Of a DNA stretch of 64,000 nt, positions 55,392-63,419 are shown piece by piece (positions within the stretch are counted from its first letter, which is position 1; each line of letters opens with the position of its first letter). The stretch comes from a virus. Taxonomy: Duplodnaviria; Caudoviricetes. The DNA lies in the IMG/VR virus record IMGVR_UViG_3300047160_035978, positions 713 through 64,712 of that record; one strand, written 5' to 3'. The notes under the pieces were generated by a model, which saw nothing but the letters and a program-made list of their open reading frames with translations, had not been told where the DNA came from and did no database searches. Made by a program: the position numbers and the translations under genes.

Positions 55392-55415
55392 CTCGGCTTT
55401 TGGCCTGACAGCACC

Positions 55416-55865
55416 ATGAATCCCACCATCCCTCACATCGTGAAAGCCGCCGGCAGCCTTCTGCTGGAAGTGGAGAAGGCTGTGGCGGACTTCCCGAGGA
55501 AGCACCGCTATAGCCTCGGCACGGATCTGAGGGATGGCGCGATCAACCTGGTGCTGTTGGGCCAGGAGGCGAGCAGAGCGGGACGGGAGCCGAACCGCCA
55601 GCGTGCCCTGCTGCGCGAGCTGTCCCGCTGCATCGACAAGCTGAAGCTGCAAATCCTCATGGGCCACCGCCTGCAGTGCTTCAGCTTCGCGCGGTGCGAG
55701 CTGCTGACCACGATGGCCGCGAGTTGCGGCCGGCAGTGCGGCGGCTGGCTGAAGGCCCATACCATCAAACACCCGAAAGGCCAGAATCCTGCCGCTTCAG
55801 GGCGGCAGGAGCGCGCCGAGATTCTGAGTACCGCTGCCGCCTCCGGCCAGGGGGCTTACGCATGA
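55416..55865 (+). CDS. avd: DGR accessory variability determinant (four-helix bundle)
   Basis: FPRKHRYSLGTDLR ... CGRQCGGWLKA; between VR3 and TR. Confidence 0.9.
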   Translation: MNPTIPHIVKAAGSLLLEVEKAVADFPRKHRYSLGTDLRDGAINLVLLGQEASRAGREPNRQRALLRELSRCIDKLKLQILMGHRLQCFSFARCELLTTMAASCGRQCGGWLKAHTIKHPKGQNPAASGRQERAEILSTAAASGQGAYA

Positions 55866-57217
55866 CGACGCCACGCTACCAGACCGGATGCGTGGCCGGG
55901 TCCCAAGCGCAGCGGGATGCGTCCGATTCGTCGTACGCCTTCAACGTCAACCTCAACAACGGCAACGTCAACTGGAACAACCGCAACAACAGCGGGCTCG
56001 TCCGGCTGTGCCGCGAGGTCTCCCCCCGTGAGAATCAGGGTGTAATACTCCGTGAGCTGCATGCCGCCTACCGCAGCGCCCGCGCTGGCAAGGTGCCGAG
56101 CGCCGATCAGCTGCGCTTCGACTGCAACTGGATGGAGGAATTGCTGGGGCTGCAGGCCGAGCTGAACGGCTTCGCCTGGAAGCCCGGCCGCAGCACCCTG
56201 ACCATCGCCAGCAGGCCGAAGGCGCGCGAGATCCATGCGCCGGCCTTCCGCGACCGCGTCGTGCACCACGCCCTGATGCCATACCTTGAGGCCGCCTGGG
56301 AGCCCGTGTTCATCCACGACTCCTACAGCAACCGGAAAGGCAAGGGCACGCTGGCGGCGATGAAGCGGGCCCGGCAGTTCATCCGCCAGGTGCACAGCGG
56401 CCAGGGCGGTGGCTGGTGTCTGAAGCTCGACATCCGCAACTTCTTCAACAGCATCCGGCGGGACATCCTGTGGGCGCAGCTGAAGGGGCGCCTGGTCCGC
56501 GCCGGCGCGCCGAAGTGGGTGCTGCGCGCCGTGCACGCCCTCCTGCGGCAGTCCCCGCTCGCCGCCGGCGTGCTCGACCTCACCACCGCTGCGCAGCGCG
56601 CCCTAGTGCCGCCGCACAAGCGCCTGGCCAATGCAGGGCAGGGCAGGGGGCTGTGCATCGGCAACCTGTCCTCCCAGTTCTTCGCCAACGTCTACCTCAA
56701 CGACCTCGACCAGTTCGTCAAGCATGAGCTGAAGGCGCAGCGGTATGTCCGCTACGTCGACGACTTCCTGCTGATCCACCAGGACCGCGAACAGTTGCAA
56801 AAATGGAAAGAGTTGGTCATCGCCTTCCTGCGCGACCGGCTCGGCCTGGAGCTGAAGGACGAAGGCGAACTGAAGCCGCTGACCGAGGGCGTGGATTTCC
56901 TCGGCTACGTCATCCGCCCCACCCATACCACCGTTCGACGCCGCGTCGTCTCCCACGCTCGCGAGAAGCTGTCGCTGTGGGAGCAGCAGCACGTTACCGC
57001 CGGCAGCGCCCGCGCCACGCCTGAGCAGTATCGCCAAGTCCGCGCTGTCTGGGCCTCCTACGACCTGGGCCACTTTCCCCATGCGAACAGCCACCGGCTG
57101 ACGCAGGACTTCCACCGCCGCTATCCCTGGCTGCACCAGCTGGCCGAGGTGCCGCGGCGATTCCATAACCGACTCGAAGGAAAGCACGTGACGATCAAAC
57201 TGGTGGTGGCGGCATGA
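55862..57217 (+). CDS. DGR reverse transcriptase (N-terminus includes translated TR)
   Basis: FRDRVVHHAL, LKLDIRNFF, GLCIGNLSSQFFAN, YVRYVDDF, GVDFLGY; ATG overlaps avd stop. Confidence 0.95.
   Translation: MTTPRYQTGCVAGSQAQRDASDSSYAFNVNLNNGNVNWNNRNNSGLVRLCREVSPRENQGVILRELHAAYRSARAGKVPSADQLRFDCNWMEELLGLQAELNGFAWKPGRSTLTIASRPKAREIHAPAFRDRVVHHALMPYLEAAWEPVFIHDSYSNRKGKGTLAAMKRARQFIRQVHSGQGGGWCLKLDIRNFFNSIRRDILWAQLKGRLVRAGAPKWVLRAVHALLRQSPLAAGVLDLTTAAQRALVPPHKRLANAGQGRGLCIGNLSSQFFANVYLNDLDQFVKHELKAQRYVRYVDDFLLIHQDREQLQKWKELVIAFLRDRLGLELKDEGELKPLTEGVDFLGYVIRPTHTTVRRRVVSHAREKLSLWEQQHVTAGSARATPEQYRQVRAVWASYDLGHFPHANSHRLTQDFHRRYPWLHQLAEVPRRFHNRLEGKHVTIKLVVAA
55920..56029 (+). ncRNA. DGR template repeat (TR)
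   Basis: Ten AAC codons in a GC-rich genome; invariant source for VR1-3. Confidence 0.97.
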
Positions 57218-57674
57218 GCCTGCCTATCTGCGGAGATACCCACGCCCTACTGTCGCAGCTGGAGAAGTCCGGCGCCGAGTTCGGTCTGGTCGCGTCCAGC
57301 CCCAGCCTGCCGGAGAACGTGCGCCTGGAGAACCAGGAGGACATCCAGCGGGTGATGGTGAGGGTGCGGCTGGCGGTGAACACCGGCGCGCGGGAGAAGA
57401 GTCTGTGAACGGCGACTACGTCCCTCTGGTGTTCAACAAGGCCGATCCCATGGTGATCGTGTTCCGTCTGCCCGAGGCATTGCCCAGCGGCTTTTGCTTC
57501 AGCGGCGGATACGCGGTCAACTTCCAGATGGTCGACTGGTTCCAGTCCCGCCCCGAGCTGGGCGAGGATGCCCTGCGCGATTTCATCCGCCGCAAGCCCT
57601 ACTACAAGGCCGGCGGCAACTTTCTGGTGCTGGCGCGCGCCGGTTCGGCTTTCCTCGTGGATGTGCCGGCATGA
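57214..57674 (+). other. Two small hypothetical genes (57214-57408, 57405-57674)
   Basis: Overlap chain. Confidence 0.55.
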
Positions 57675-59608
57675 GCGAAATCGAAATCCGCCACTTCCAT
57701 ATGTGCTGCGGCTCCGGCGGCGGCAAGAAGGGCTTCAACCGAGGCACGGCTAGGGTTGGCCGCATGGTTGCAGTGCCGCGCTGCATCGGCGGCGTCGACA
57801 ACGATCCGGATGCGATCGAGGACTTCAACGCCGAGGGCGGTGCAGCTGGCACGGTGCTGGACCTCTTCACGCGCGAGCAGTATCGGGCTTTCCACGGCCA
57901 CGAGCCACCGGAAGGTTGGCGCGAGGCGACGCCGGCGGACATCATCCGCGCCGCGCACAACCTGCGCCCGCACGTCATCTTCATGTCGGCACCGTGCAAG
58001 GGCTTCTCCGGCCTGACCTCCGAGACCAAGAGCCGGGAGGAGAACTACGTCGCGCTCAACGAGCTGGCGCTGCGCTGCGTCTGGCTTTGCCTGGAGGCCT
58101 GGAAGGATGACCCGGTGGAATTCATCCTGTTCGAGAACGTGCCGCGCATCATGCACCGCGGCAGGCCGCTGCTGGAGCACATCCAGGCGCTGTATCGGGC
58201 CTACGGCTACGTCTATGCCGAGACCACCCACGACTGCGGAGAGCTGGGCAACCTGGCGCAGAGCCGCAACCGCTTCTTGATGGTCTCTCGCAATGCCGAG
58301 AAGGTGCCGAGCTTCCTGTACGAGCCGCCGCGGCGCCCGCTGCGGGCGGTGGGCGACGTGCTGTCGCGCCTTCCGATGCCAGGCACTGCCGCGGCGGCGT
58401 CGAACCCGCTGCACCGGTTGCCGCGCCTTCAGTGGAAGACCTGGGTGCGCCTGGCCTTCGTCCAGGCTGGCAAGGACTGGCGCTCCCTCAACCGCCTGCG
58501 GGTGGTGGACGGCGAGCTGGCCGACTTCGGCATCGTGCCCGACACGATCTATCGCAACGATGCCTTCGGGGTGAAGGGCTGGGAGCAGTCGGCTGGCACC
58601 ATCACCGGCAACGGCCGCCCCGCCGCCGGCGCCTTCAGCGTGGCAGACCCGCGCTTCGATCCCAATCTCTACGACTGCAGCCAGTACGGCGTGCAGCGCT
58701 GGGACCAGACCGCGCGCACCGTGATCGGCCTGAAGTCGCCAGGCCAGGGTGGCTACAGCGTGGCGGACCCCCGCGTCGGCCATGGGCCCTCTGGCCCGCA
58801 CTTCAGCAACGTCTACCGCGTCGTGCGTTGGGACCAGGTCGGTCCGACGATCTCCAGCGGCCACGGCCCCAGCGCGGGCGGCATGGCTGTCGCCGACCCT
58901 CGGCCGGGCTGGGATCGCCACCAGAACGCGCTGCAGGTCGGTGAGTGGGACAAGCCCACCGGCACGATCATCGGCGGCGGCAAGGGTGTGCAGGGCGGCT
59001 GGGGCTCGATCGCCGATCCGCGCCTGAACTGGGGTGAGGGCGCGCACGGCAGCAAGCTGCAGGTGCAGGACTGGGATGGACATGCCGGGACGATCACCGG
59101 CGCGCGCTTCCAGAGCGGAGCCCAGGCGGTGGCGGACCCGCGGCCCGGCCTCGATCGCGGGAAGGGTGACCACTACCTGACCTGCGGCCACTATGGCGTC
59201 ATTCCATGGGATCGGCCGTCGAATGCCGTCACCGGCGCCGGGCGCCATGACAACGGCTTCGGCAACGTCGCAGACCCGCGGTTGCCGGCGCCAGCTGACC
59301 GCCTCAACGCCATCATCCTCGCCGAGGACGGCACCTATCACCGCCCGTTCTCGACCCTGGAGAACGGCGCCCTGCAGAGCTACGTCGACTTGGAGGAATG
59401 GGCCGACTTCCGCATGGCGGGTAACTCCGAAAGCCGGAAGCGGGAGCGCATCGGAAACATGGTGCCGCCGGACACGGCGCAGGCCATCGCCAGCCAGATG
59501 TACAAGACCCTCCTGCTGGCCTGGTCGGGCGAGACCTTCATCCTCAGCAACGAGCCGGTGTGGGTGCGCGAACAGATCATCGCCATTTCGTGCGGGAGCG
59601 CTGCGTGA
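57671..59608 (+). CDS. DNA cytosine-C5 methyltransferase with six tandem internal repeats
   Basis: HMCCGSGG (motif I variant), SAPCKGFS, FENVP, IGNMVPP; W-x-T-I-x-G...ADPR repeats. Confidence 0.85.
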   Translation: MSEIEIRHFHMCCGSGGGKKGFNRGTARVGRMVAVPRCIGGVDNDPDAIEDFNAEGGAAGTVLDLFTREQYRAFHGHEPPEGWREATPADIIRAAHNLRPHVIFMSAPCKGFSGLTSETKSREENYVALNELALRCVWLCLEAWKDDPVEFILFENVPRIMHRGRPLLEHIQALYRAYGYVYAETTHDCGELGNLAQSRNRFLMVSRNAEKVPSFLYEPPRRPLRAVGDVLSRLPMPGTAAAASNPLHRLPRLQWKTWVRLAFVQAGKDWRSLNRLRVVDGELADFGIVPDTIYRNDAFGVKGWEQSAGTITGNGRPAAGAFSVADPRFDPNLYDCSQYGVQRWDQTARTVIGLKSPGQGGYSVADPRVGHGPSGPHFSNVYRVVRWDQVGPTISSGHGPSAGGMAVADPRPGWDRHQNALQVGEWDKPTGTIIGGGKGVQGGWGSIADPRLNWGEGAHGSKLQVQDWDGHAGTITGARFQSGAQAVADPRPGLDRGKGDHYLTCGHYGVIPWDRPSNAVTGAGRHDNGFGNVADPRLPAPADRLNAIILAEDGTYHRPFSTLENGALQSYVDLEEWADFRMAGNSESRKRERIGNMVPPDTAQAIASQMYKTLLLAWSGETFILSNEPVWVREQIIAISCGSAA

Positions 59609-60831
59609 GCCGTCCCCGCATCCAGGCCGACCTGTTCAGCGCCTCCCCGCGCATGGAGGTCGGCGAGGCCATGGAACTGACCGTCCAGTCGCTTCTGGCC
59701 CACGCCACGGTGCATGAGCACTGGGCCATCGCTTGGTCCGGCGGAAAGGATTCGACTTGCACCTTAACGCTGGTGATCGCGCTGATCGAGAGCGGAGCCG
59801 TGCCGCGGCCGAAGTCACTGACGGTCTTCTATGCCGACACCCGCATGGAACTGCTGCCGCTGGCAGTGGCTGCGATGGCGATCATTGCCCGGCTTCGGGA
59901 GATCGGGATCCGGGTCGAGATCGTGACGGCGCCGCTGGACAAGCGCTTCTTCGTCTACATCCTCGGCCGTGGCGTGCCGCCGCCGAACAACAATACGCTC
60001 CGCTGGTGCACCCGGCAGATCAAAGTCGACCCGATGCAGGAGGCGCTGGGCGCGCGCCTGGAGGAGCTTGGTGGCTCCGCGGTGATGATCACCGGCGTCC
60101 GCGAGGGCGAGTCGGCGGTGCGCGACCGGCGCATCGAGATGAGCTGTTCCAAGGACGGCGCCGAATGTGGCCAGGGTTGGTACCAGAAGGTGGTGCCGGA
60201 GTCGCCGGGCCTGCGCGGCAAGCTGGCGACCTTGGCGCCGATCCTGCATTGGCGGGTCTGCCTGGTCTGGGATTGGCTGCGCATTTACGCGCCGATGCCG
60301 GAGTACGGCGCCTGGTACACCGCGCCGATCGCTGATGCCTACGGCGGCGACGAGGCCGAGGAGATCAACGCGCGCACCGGCTGCGTGGGCTGTCCGCTGG
60401 CCGAGAAGGAAACGGCGCTGGATGCCGTCCTGCTCACGCCGGAGTGGTCCTATCTCGCGCCCTTGCGCCGCCTCAAGCCGATCTACCGCTGGCTGCGGAA
60501 GCCCGAGAACCGCCTGCGCAAGCCAGGCCTGGAGCCGCTGAAGAGCGGGGGTTTTTCATCCAACCCGCAGCGCCTGGGCCCGCTCACCTTCGAGGCTCGG
60601 CTGGAGGCGCTGGGCCAGGTGTTGGCCATCCAGGCCGAAGTGAACAGCGCCGCGGCAGAGCAGGGGCGGCCGGTGCTGGACCTGCTCAATGCCGAGGAAG
60701 AAGCCCGCATCCGGGAACTGATCGCGGCGGAGACCTGGCCGGACGGCTGGGAGGGCGATGAACCCACGGGTGACGTGCCGCTCGACAAGGTGAACGCGGG
60801 CGGGTCGGTCCAATGGCTGCTGGTGCGCTGA
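59605..60831 (+). CDS. PAPS reductase-family (DndC-like) protein
   Basis: WSGGKDST, RWCTRQIK, GVREGES..R, RTGCVGCP. Confidence 0.85.
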   Translation: MSRPRIQADLFSASPRMEVGEAMELTVQSLLAHATVHEHWAIAWSGGKDSTCTLTLVIALIESGAVPRPKSLTVFYADTRMELLPLAVAAMAIIARLREIGIRVEIVTAPLDKRFFVYILGRGVPPPNNNTLRWCTRQIKVDPMQEALGARLEELGGSAVMITGVREGESAVRDRRIEMSCSKDGAECGQGWYQKVVPESPGLRGKLATLAPILHWRVCLVWDWLRIYAPMPEYGAWYTAPIADAYGGDEAEEINARTGCVGCPLAEKETALDAVLLTPEWSYLAPLRRLKPIYRWLRKPENRLRKPGLEPLKSGGFSSNPQRLGPLTFEARLEALGQVLAIQAEVNSAAAEQGRPVLDLLNAEEEARIRELIAAETWPDGWEGDEPTGDVPLDKVNAGGSVQWLLVR

Positions 60832-61264
60832 TGGGCGGCAAGACCGTGTCACCGGAAGTTGTCGCCCTGGCGCTGAAGATCGCCGACAGCGTGTCCCGGT
60901 CTGATATCGAGTGCTACTGCCTGATGACCAAGAACCGCCGCATCTGGTGGTACGACACGGCCGTTGCCGAGCCGGAGGATGCCGAGTTCGTCGCCGAGGC
61001 GGTGCGCTACCTCGATCTGCGCGGCCTGCTCGTGCACCACGAAGCGGACGGAAAGCTGGTGCGGTTCAAGAAGGAGGGCGAAGCCTGATGGCCGAGCAAA
61101 TCAAGATCGAGTGCGGCGATCCCCGCTGCACGACCTGCGGTCTGGAGATCACTACCGGCCTGATGGCAGTGTTCTGCCCGCGCCGGCAGCAGTGCGAGTT
61201 CTATCCGCAGGAGCCGGAGTTGCAGGAGTTCGTCGAGGAGCTGCGCAGCGGGGTGGCGGCATGA
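60831..61264 (+). other. Two small hypothetical genes (60831-61088, 61088-61264)
   Basis: TGATG overlaps. Confidence 0.55.
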
Positions 61265-61599
61265 CACCCGAGCGCATCCAGCTGAGCCGCGCCAAGGGCT
61301 GGCGCATGCCGCCCAATACGGTGAAGGTCGACCGGACTACGAAGTGGGGCAATCCTTTCCGTGACTACGGACCGCCGGTGAAGCACCTGCTTGAGGTCTG
61401 GGGCTGGAAGCTTCGCAACTGGGGGGAAGAGTGCGGGACCGCCGAGGAAGCCGTCCAGCGCTTCCGCGCATGCGTCGCCTTCGATGGAGCATCCATCGCT
61501 CTGGCGCGCAAGGAATTGCGCGGCAATAACCTGGCTTGCTGGTGCCCGCCGGGAGCGCCCTGCCATGCCGATGTGCTGCTGGAGATCGCGAATGGATGA
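61261..61599 (+). CDS. DUF4326 protein
   Basis: VDRTTKWGNPF, LRGNNLACWC..PCHADVL. Confidence 0.85.
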   Translation: MTPERIQLSRAKGWRMPPNTVKVDRTTKWGNPFRDYGPPVKHLLEVWGWKLRNWGEECGTAEEAVQRFRACVAFDGASIALARKELRGNNLACWCPPGAPCHADVLLEIANG

Positions 61600-61870
61600 C
61601 ATCCGCGACCAGCTGCTGTCCGACCTGGCCAAGGCCGAGCTGAAGGCCTGGGAATCCCTGGCCCGCTACAAGTTCTGGATGTTCGGCTACCACGCCGCCG
61701 ATGTGGTGCGAATCAACCGGCGCCTGCGGCTGAAGCGGCCCAACCCTTTCCGCGTCATCGTCATGGTGGCGCGCGAGGTGCTGAAGGCGTGGCCGCGGCC
61801 TGTCTCAATTCCTCGGGAGATTACCCAGAAAGACCTGGGATTTGAGACTGAGCTGAAGGAGGCGGCGTGA
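61592..61870 (+). CDS. Hypothetical protein
   Basis: Co-oriented ORF. Confidence 0.55.
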   Translation: MDDIRDQLLSDLAKAELKAWESLARYKFWMFGYHAADVVRINRRLRLKRPNPFRVIVMVAREVLKAWPRPVSIPREITQKDLGFETELKEAA

Positions 61871-61872
61871 TG

Positions 61873-62022
61873 CTACCTCTTTTGCGCCGCCATCAGCGCC
61901 TGCGCCTCCGACTCGCTGATGGTCTTGCCGCCGACCGTGCTGGAAGCGCAGCGGGTGCATTTCTGCTGCGGGCCTTGCGGCACTGGCTTCTTGCAACTCG
62001 GACAGATGACGTAGGTGGCCAC
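61873..62022 (-). CDS. Small antisense zinc-ribbon protein (49 aa)
   Basis: GTG after AGGAG; CPSC...CTRC. Confidence 0.55.
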   Translation of the reverse strand: MATYVICPSCKKPVPQGPQQKCTRCASSTVGGKTISESEAQALMAAQKR

Positions 62023-62069
62023 GGCCTGATCTCCTCGGTGTTGTGCGGCAAGCATACACCGGGTCAGGC

Positions 62070-62081
62070 GGGGGGGGGGGG
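62070..62081 (+). repeat. Poly-G homopolymer (G12)
   Basis: Twelve consecutive G, 4 nt upstream of GTG 62086. Confidence 0.9.
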
Positions 62082-62085
62082 TGAC

Positions 62086-62601
62086 GTGAGCCTCTTCCCG
62101 CTCATCCGCTTCGACTCCATCCCACCGGACCAGGCCAACGACGCCCTGCGCCGCTGGGGCCATCGCATGGGCGCCGTGGAGCGGCCCTACGACAATACCC
62201 CCTGGGTGCACGGCCTGTTCCACGCCGAGCAGCTCGTGGCGCTCACCTATACGTCGACGCTGATCCGTGAGCACGTGGGCGGCGGCCTGGGCCATCTGGA
62301 CCGCTCGAACTGCCTGGAGCTGGCGCGCCTCTGCGCAGACCGGCCAGGCCTATGCCGCGTGGCACTCCGGCTGTGGCGCGAGTTCGTGTTTCCTGGCCTG
62401 GGCGTGCCAGTGGCGATCAGCTATCAGGATGCGGACTTGCACAGCGGCAACACGTACCGGTTCGACGGTTGGGAAAAGGTCGGCTTCTCGCGCAGCGGCA
62501 GCAGCGATCCGCGCACCGGAAGACAAGGCCGTGATCGGGTCATCTGGGCCTGGCCGCGCGGGGCTTGCGCCCGGCTGGCCGAGCGGCGGGGGGCGGCATG
62601 A
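62086..62601 (+). CDS. Mom-like (GNAT-fold) DNA modification protein
   Basis: LELARLCA, AISYQD..HSGNTYRFDGW resemble Mom-family motifs. Confidence 0.6.
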   Translation: MSLFPLIRFDSIPPDQANDALRRWGHRMGAVERPYDNTPWVHGLFHAEQLVALTYTSTLIREHVGGGLGHLDRSNCLELARLCADRPGLCRVALRLWREFVFPGLGVPVAISYQDADLHSGNTYRFDGWEKVGFSRSGSSDPRTGRQGRDRVIWAWPRGACARLAERRGAA

Positions 62602-63419
62602 AGGTCTCGCGCCCCCCCCTGAGGTATCACGGCGGCAAATGGAAGATCGCCGAATGGGTGATCAGCCATTTCCCGCCGCACAAAGTGTACGTCGAGCCCT
62701 GCGGCGGGGGAGCCAGCGTGCTACTCCGTAAGGCGAGGGTGCCGACTGAGATCTACAACGACCTCGACGCCGAGGTCGTGAACTTCTTCCGCGTGCTGCG
62801 GGACGAGGCAATGGCCCAGCGCCTGGCTGAAGCGCTCGCGCTGACGCCGTACGCCCGCGACGAATATGCCGACTGCTACCAGTCCAGCGCCGATGCAGTG
62901 GAAGCAGCGCGGCAGCTGGTGGCGCGCTCGTTCATGGGCATGTCCAGCAAGGGCATTTGGCAGAAGTCCGGCTTCGATGCGCGAGTGAACGATGACGGCT
63001 TCGTCGCGCGGGTGAATTCGCTGAGGGCGATGCCGGAGGTCGTGCTGCAATGCGCCGACCGGCTCCGGGGCGTGGTGATCGAGCACGGCGACGGCGTGAA
63101 ACTGATCAGCCGCTTCGACCGACCCGACTGTCTAATCTACATCGATCCGCCGTATCTGCCTGAGACGCGCACCGTCAGCATCTACGCGCACGACATGAGC
63201 GGGCCTGGCCACGTCCGGCTGCTGGAGACGATCCGCGGCCTTCGCCAGGCCATGGTCATCGTCTCCGGCTACCCCAGCGAGCTATACGACAACATGCTGC
63301 CCGGCTGGCAGTGCGTCACCCGCGATGCCGTGGCGGACACCGGCGCAGGCCGGGTGGAGGCGCTGTGGCTGAACCCCGCCTGCCAAGCCGCGCGGGCCAA
63401 TCAACAGGAAGCCGCATGA
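62598..63419 (+). CDS. dam: DNA adenine methyltransferase (D12 class)
   Basis: RYHGGK, YVEPCGGGASV, IYNDLD, IYIDPPY. Confidence 0.9.
   Translation: MKVSRPPLRYHGGKWKIAEWVISHFPPHKVYVEPCGGGASVLLRKARVPTEIYNDLDAEVVNFFRVLRDEAMAQRLAEALALTPYARDEYADCYQSSADAVEAARQLVARSFMGMSSKGIWQKSGFDARVNDDGFVARVNSLRAMPEVVLQCADRLRGVVIEHGDGVKLISRFDRPDCLIYIDPPYLPETRTVSIYAHDMSGPGHVRLLETIRGLRQAMVIVSGYPSELYDNMLPGWQCVTRDAVADTGAGRVEALWLNPACQAARANQQEAA

Noticed and set aside
55676-55861. Track start of RT at 55676
   Set aside because: It overlaps avd by about 190 bp; ATG 55862 coupled to the avd stop is more plausible.
59605-60831. Complete Dnd phosphorothioation system
   Set aside because: Only a DndC/PAPS-reductase-like gene is present; no dndA, dndD or dndE homologues are visible.
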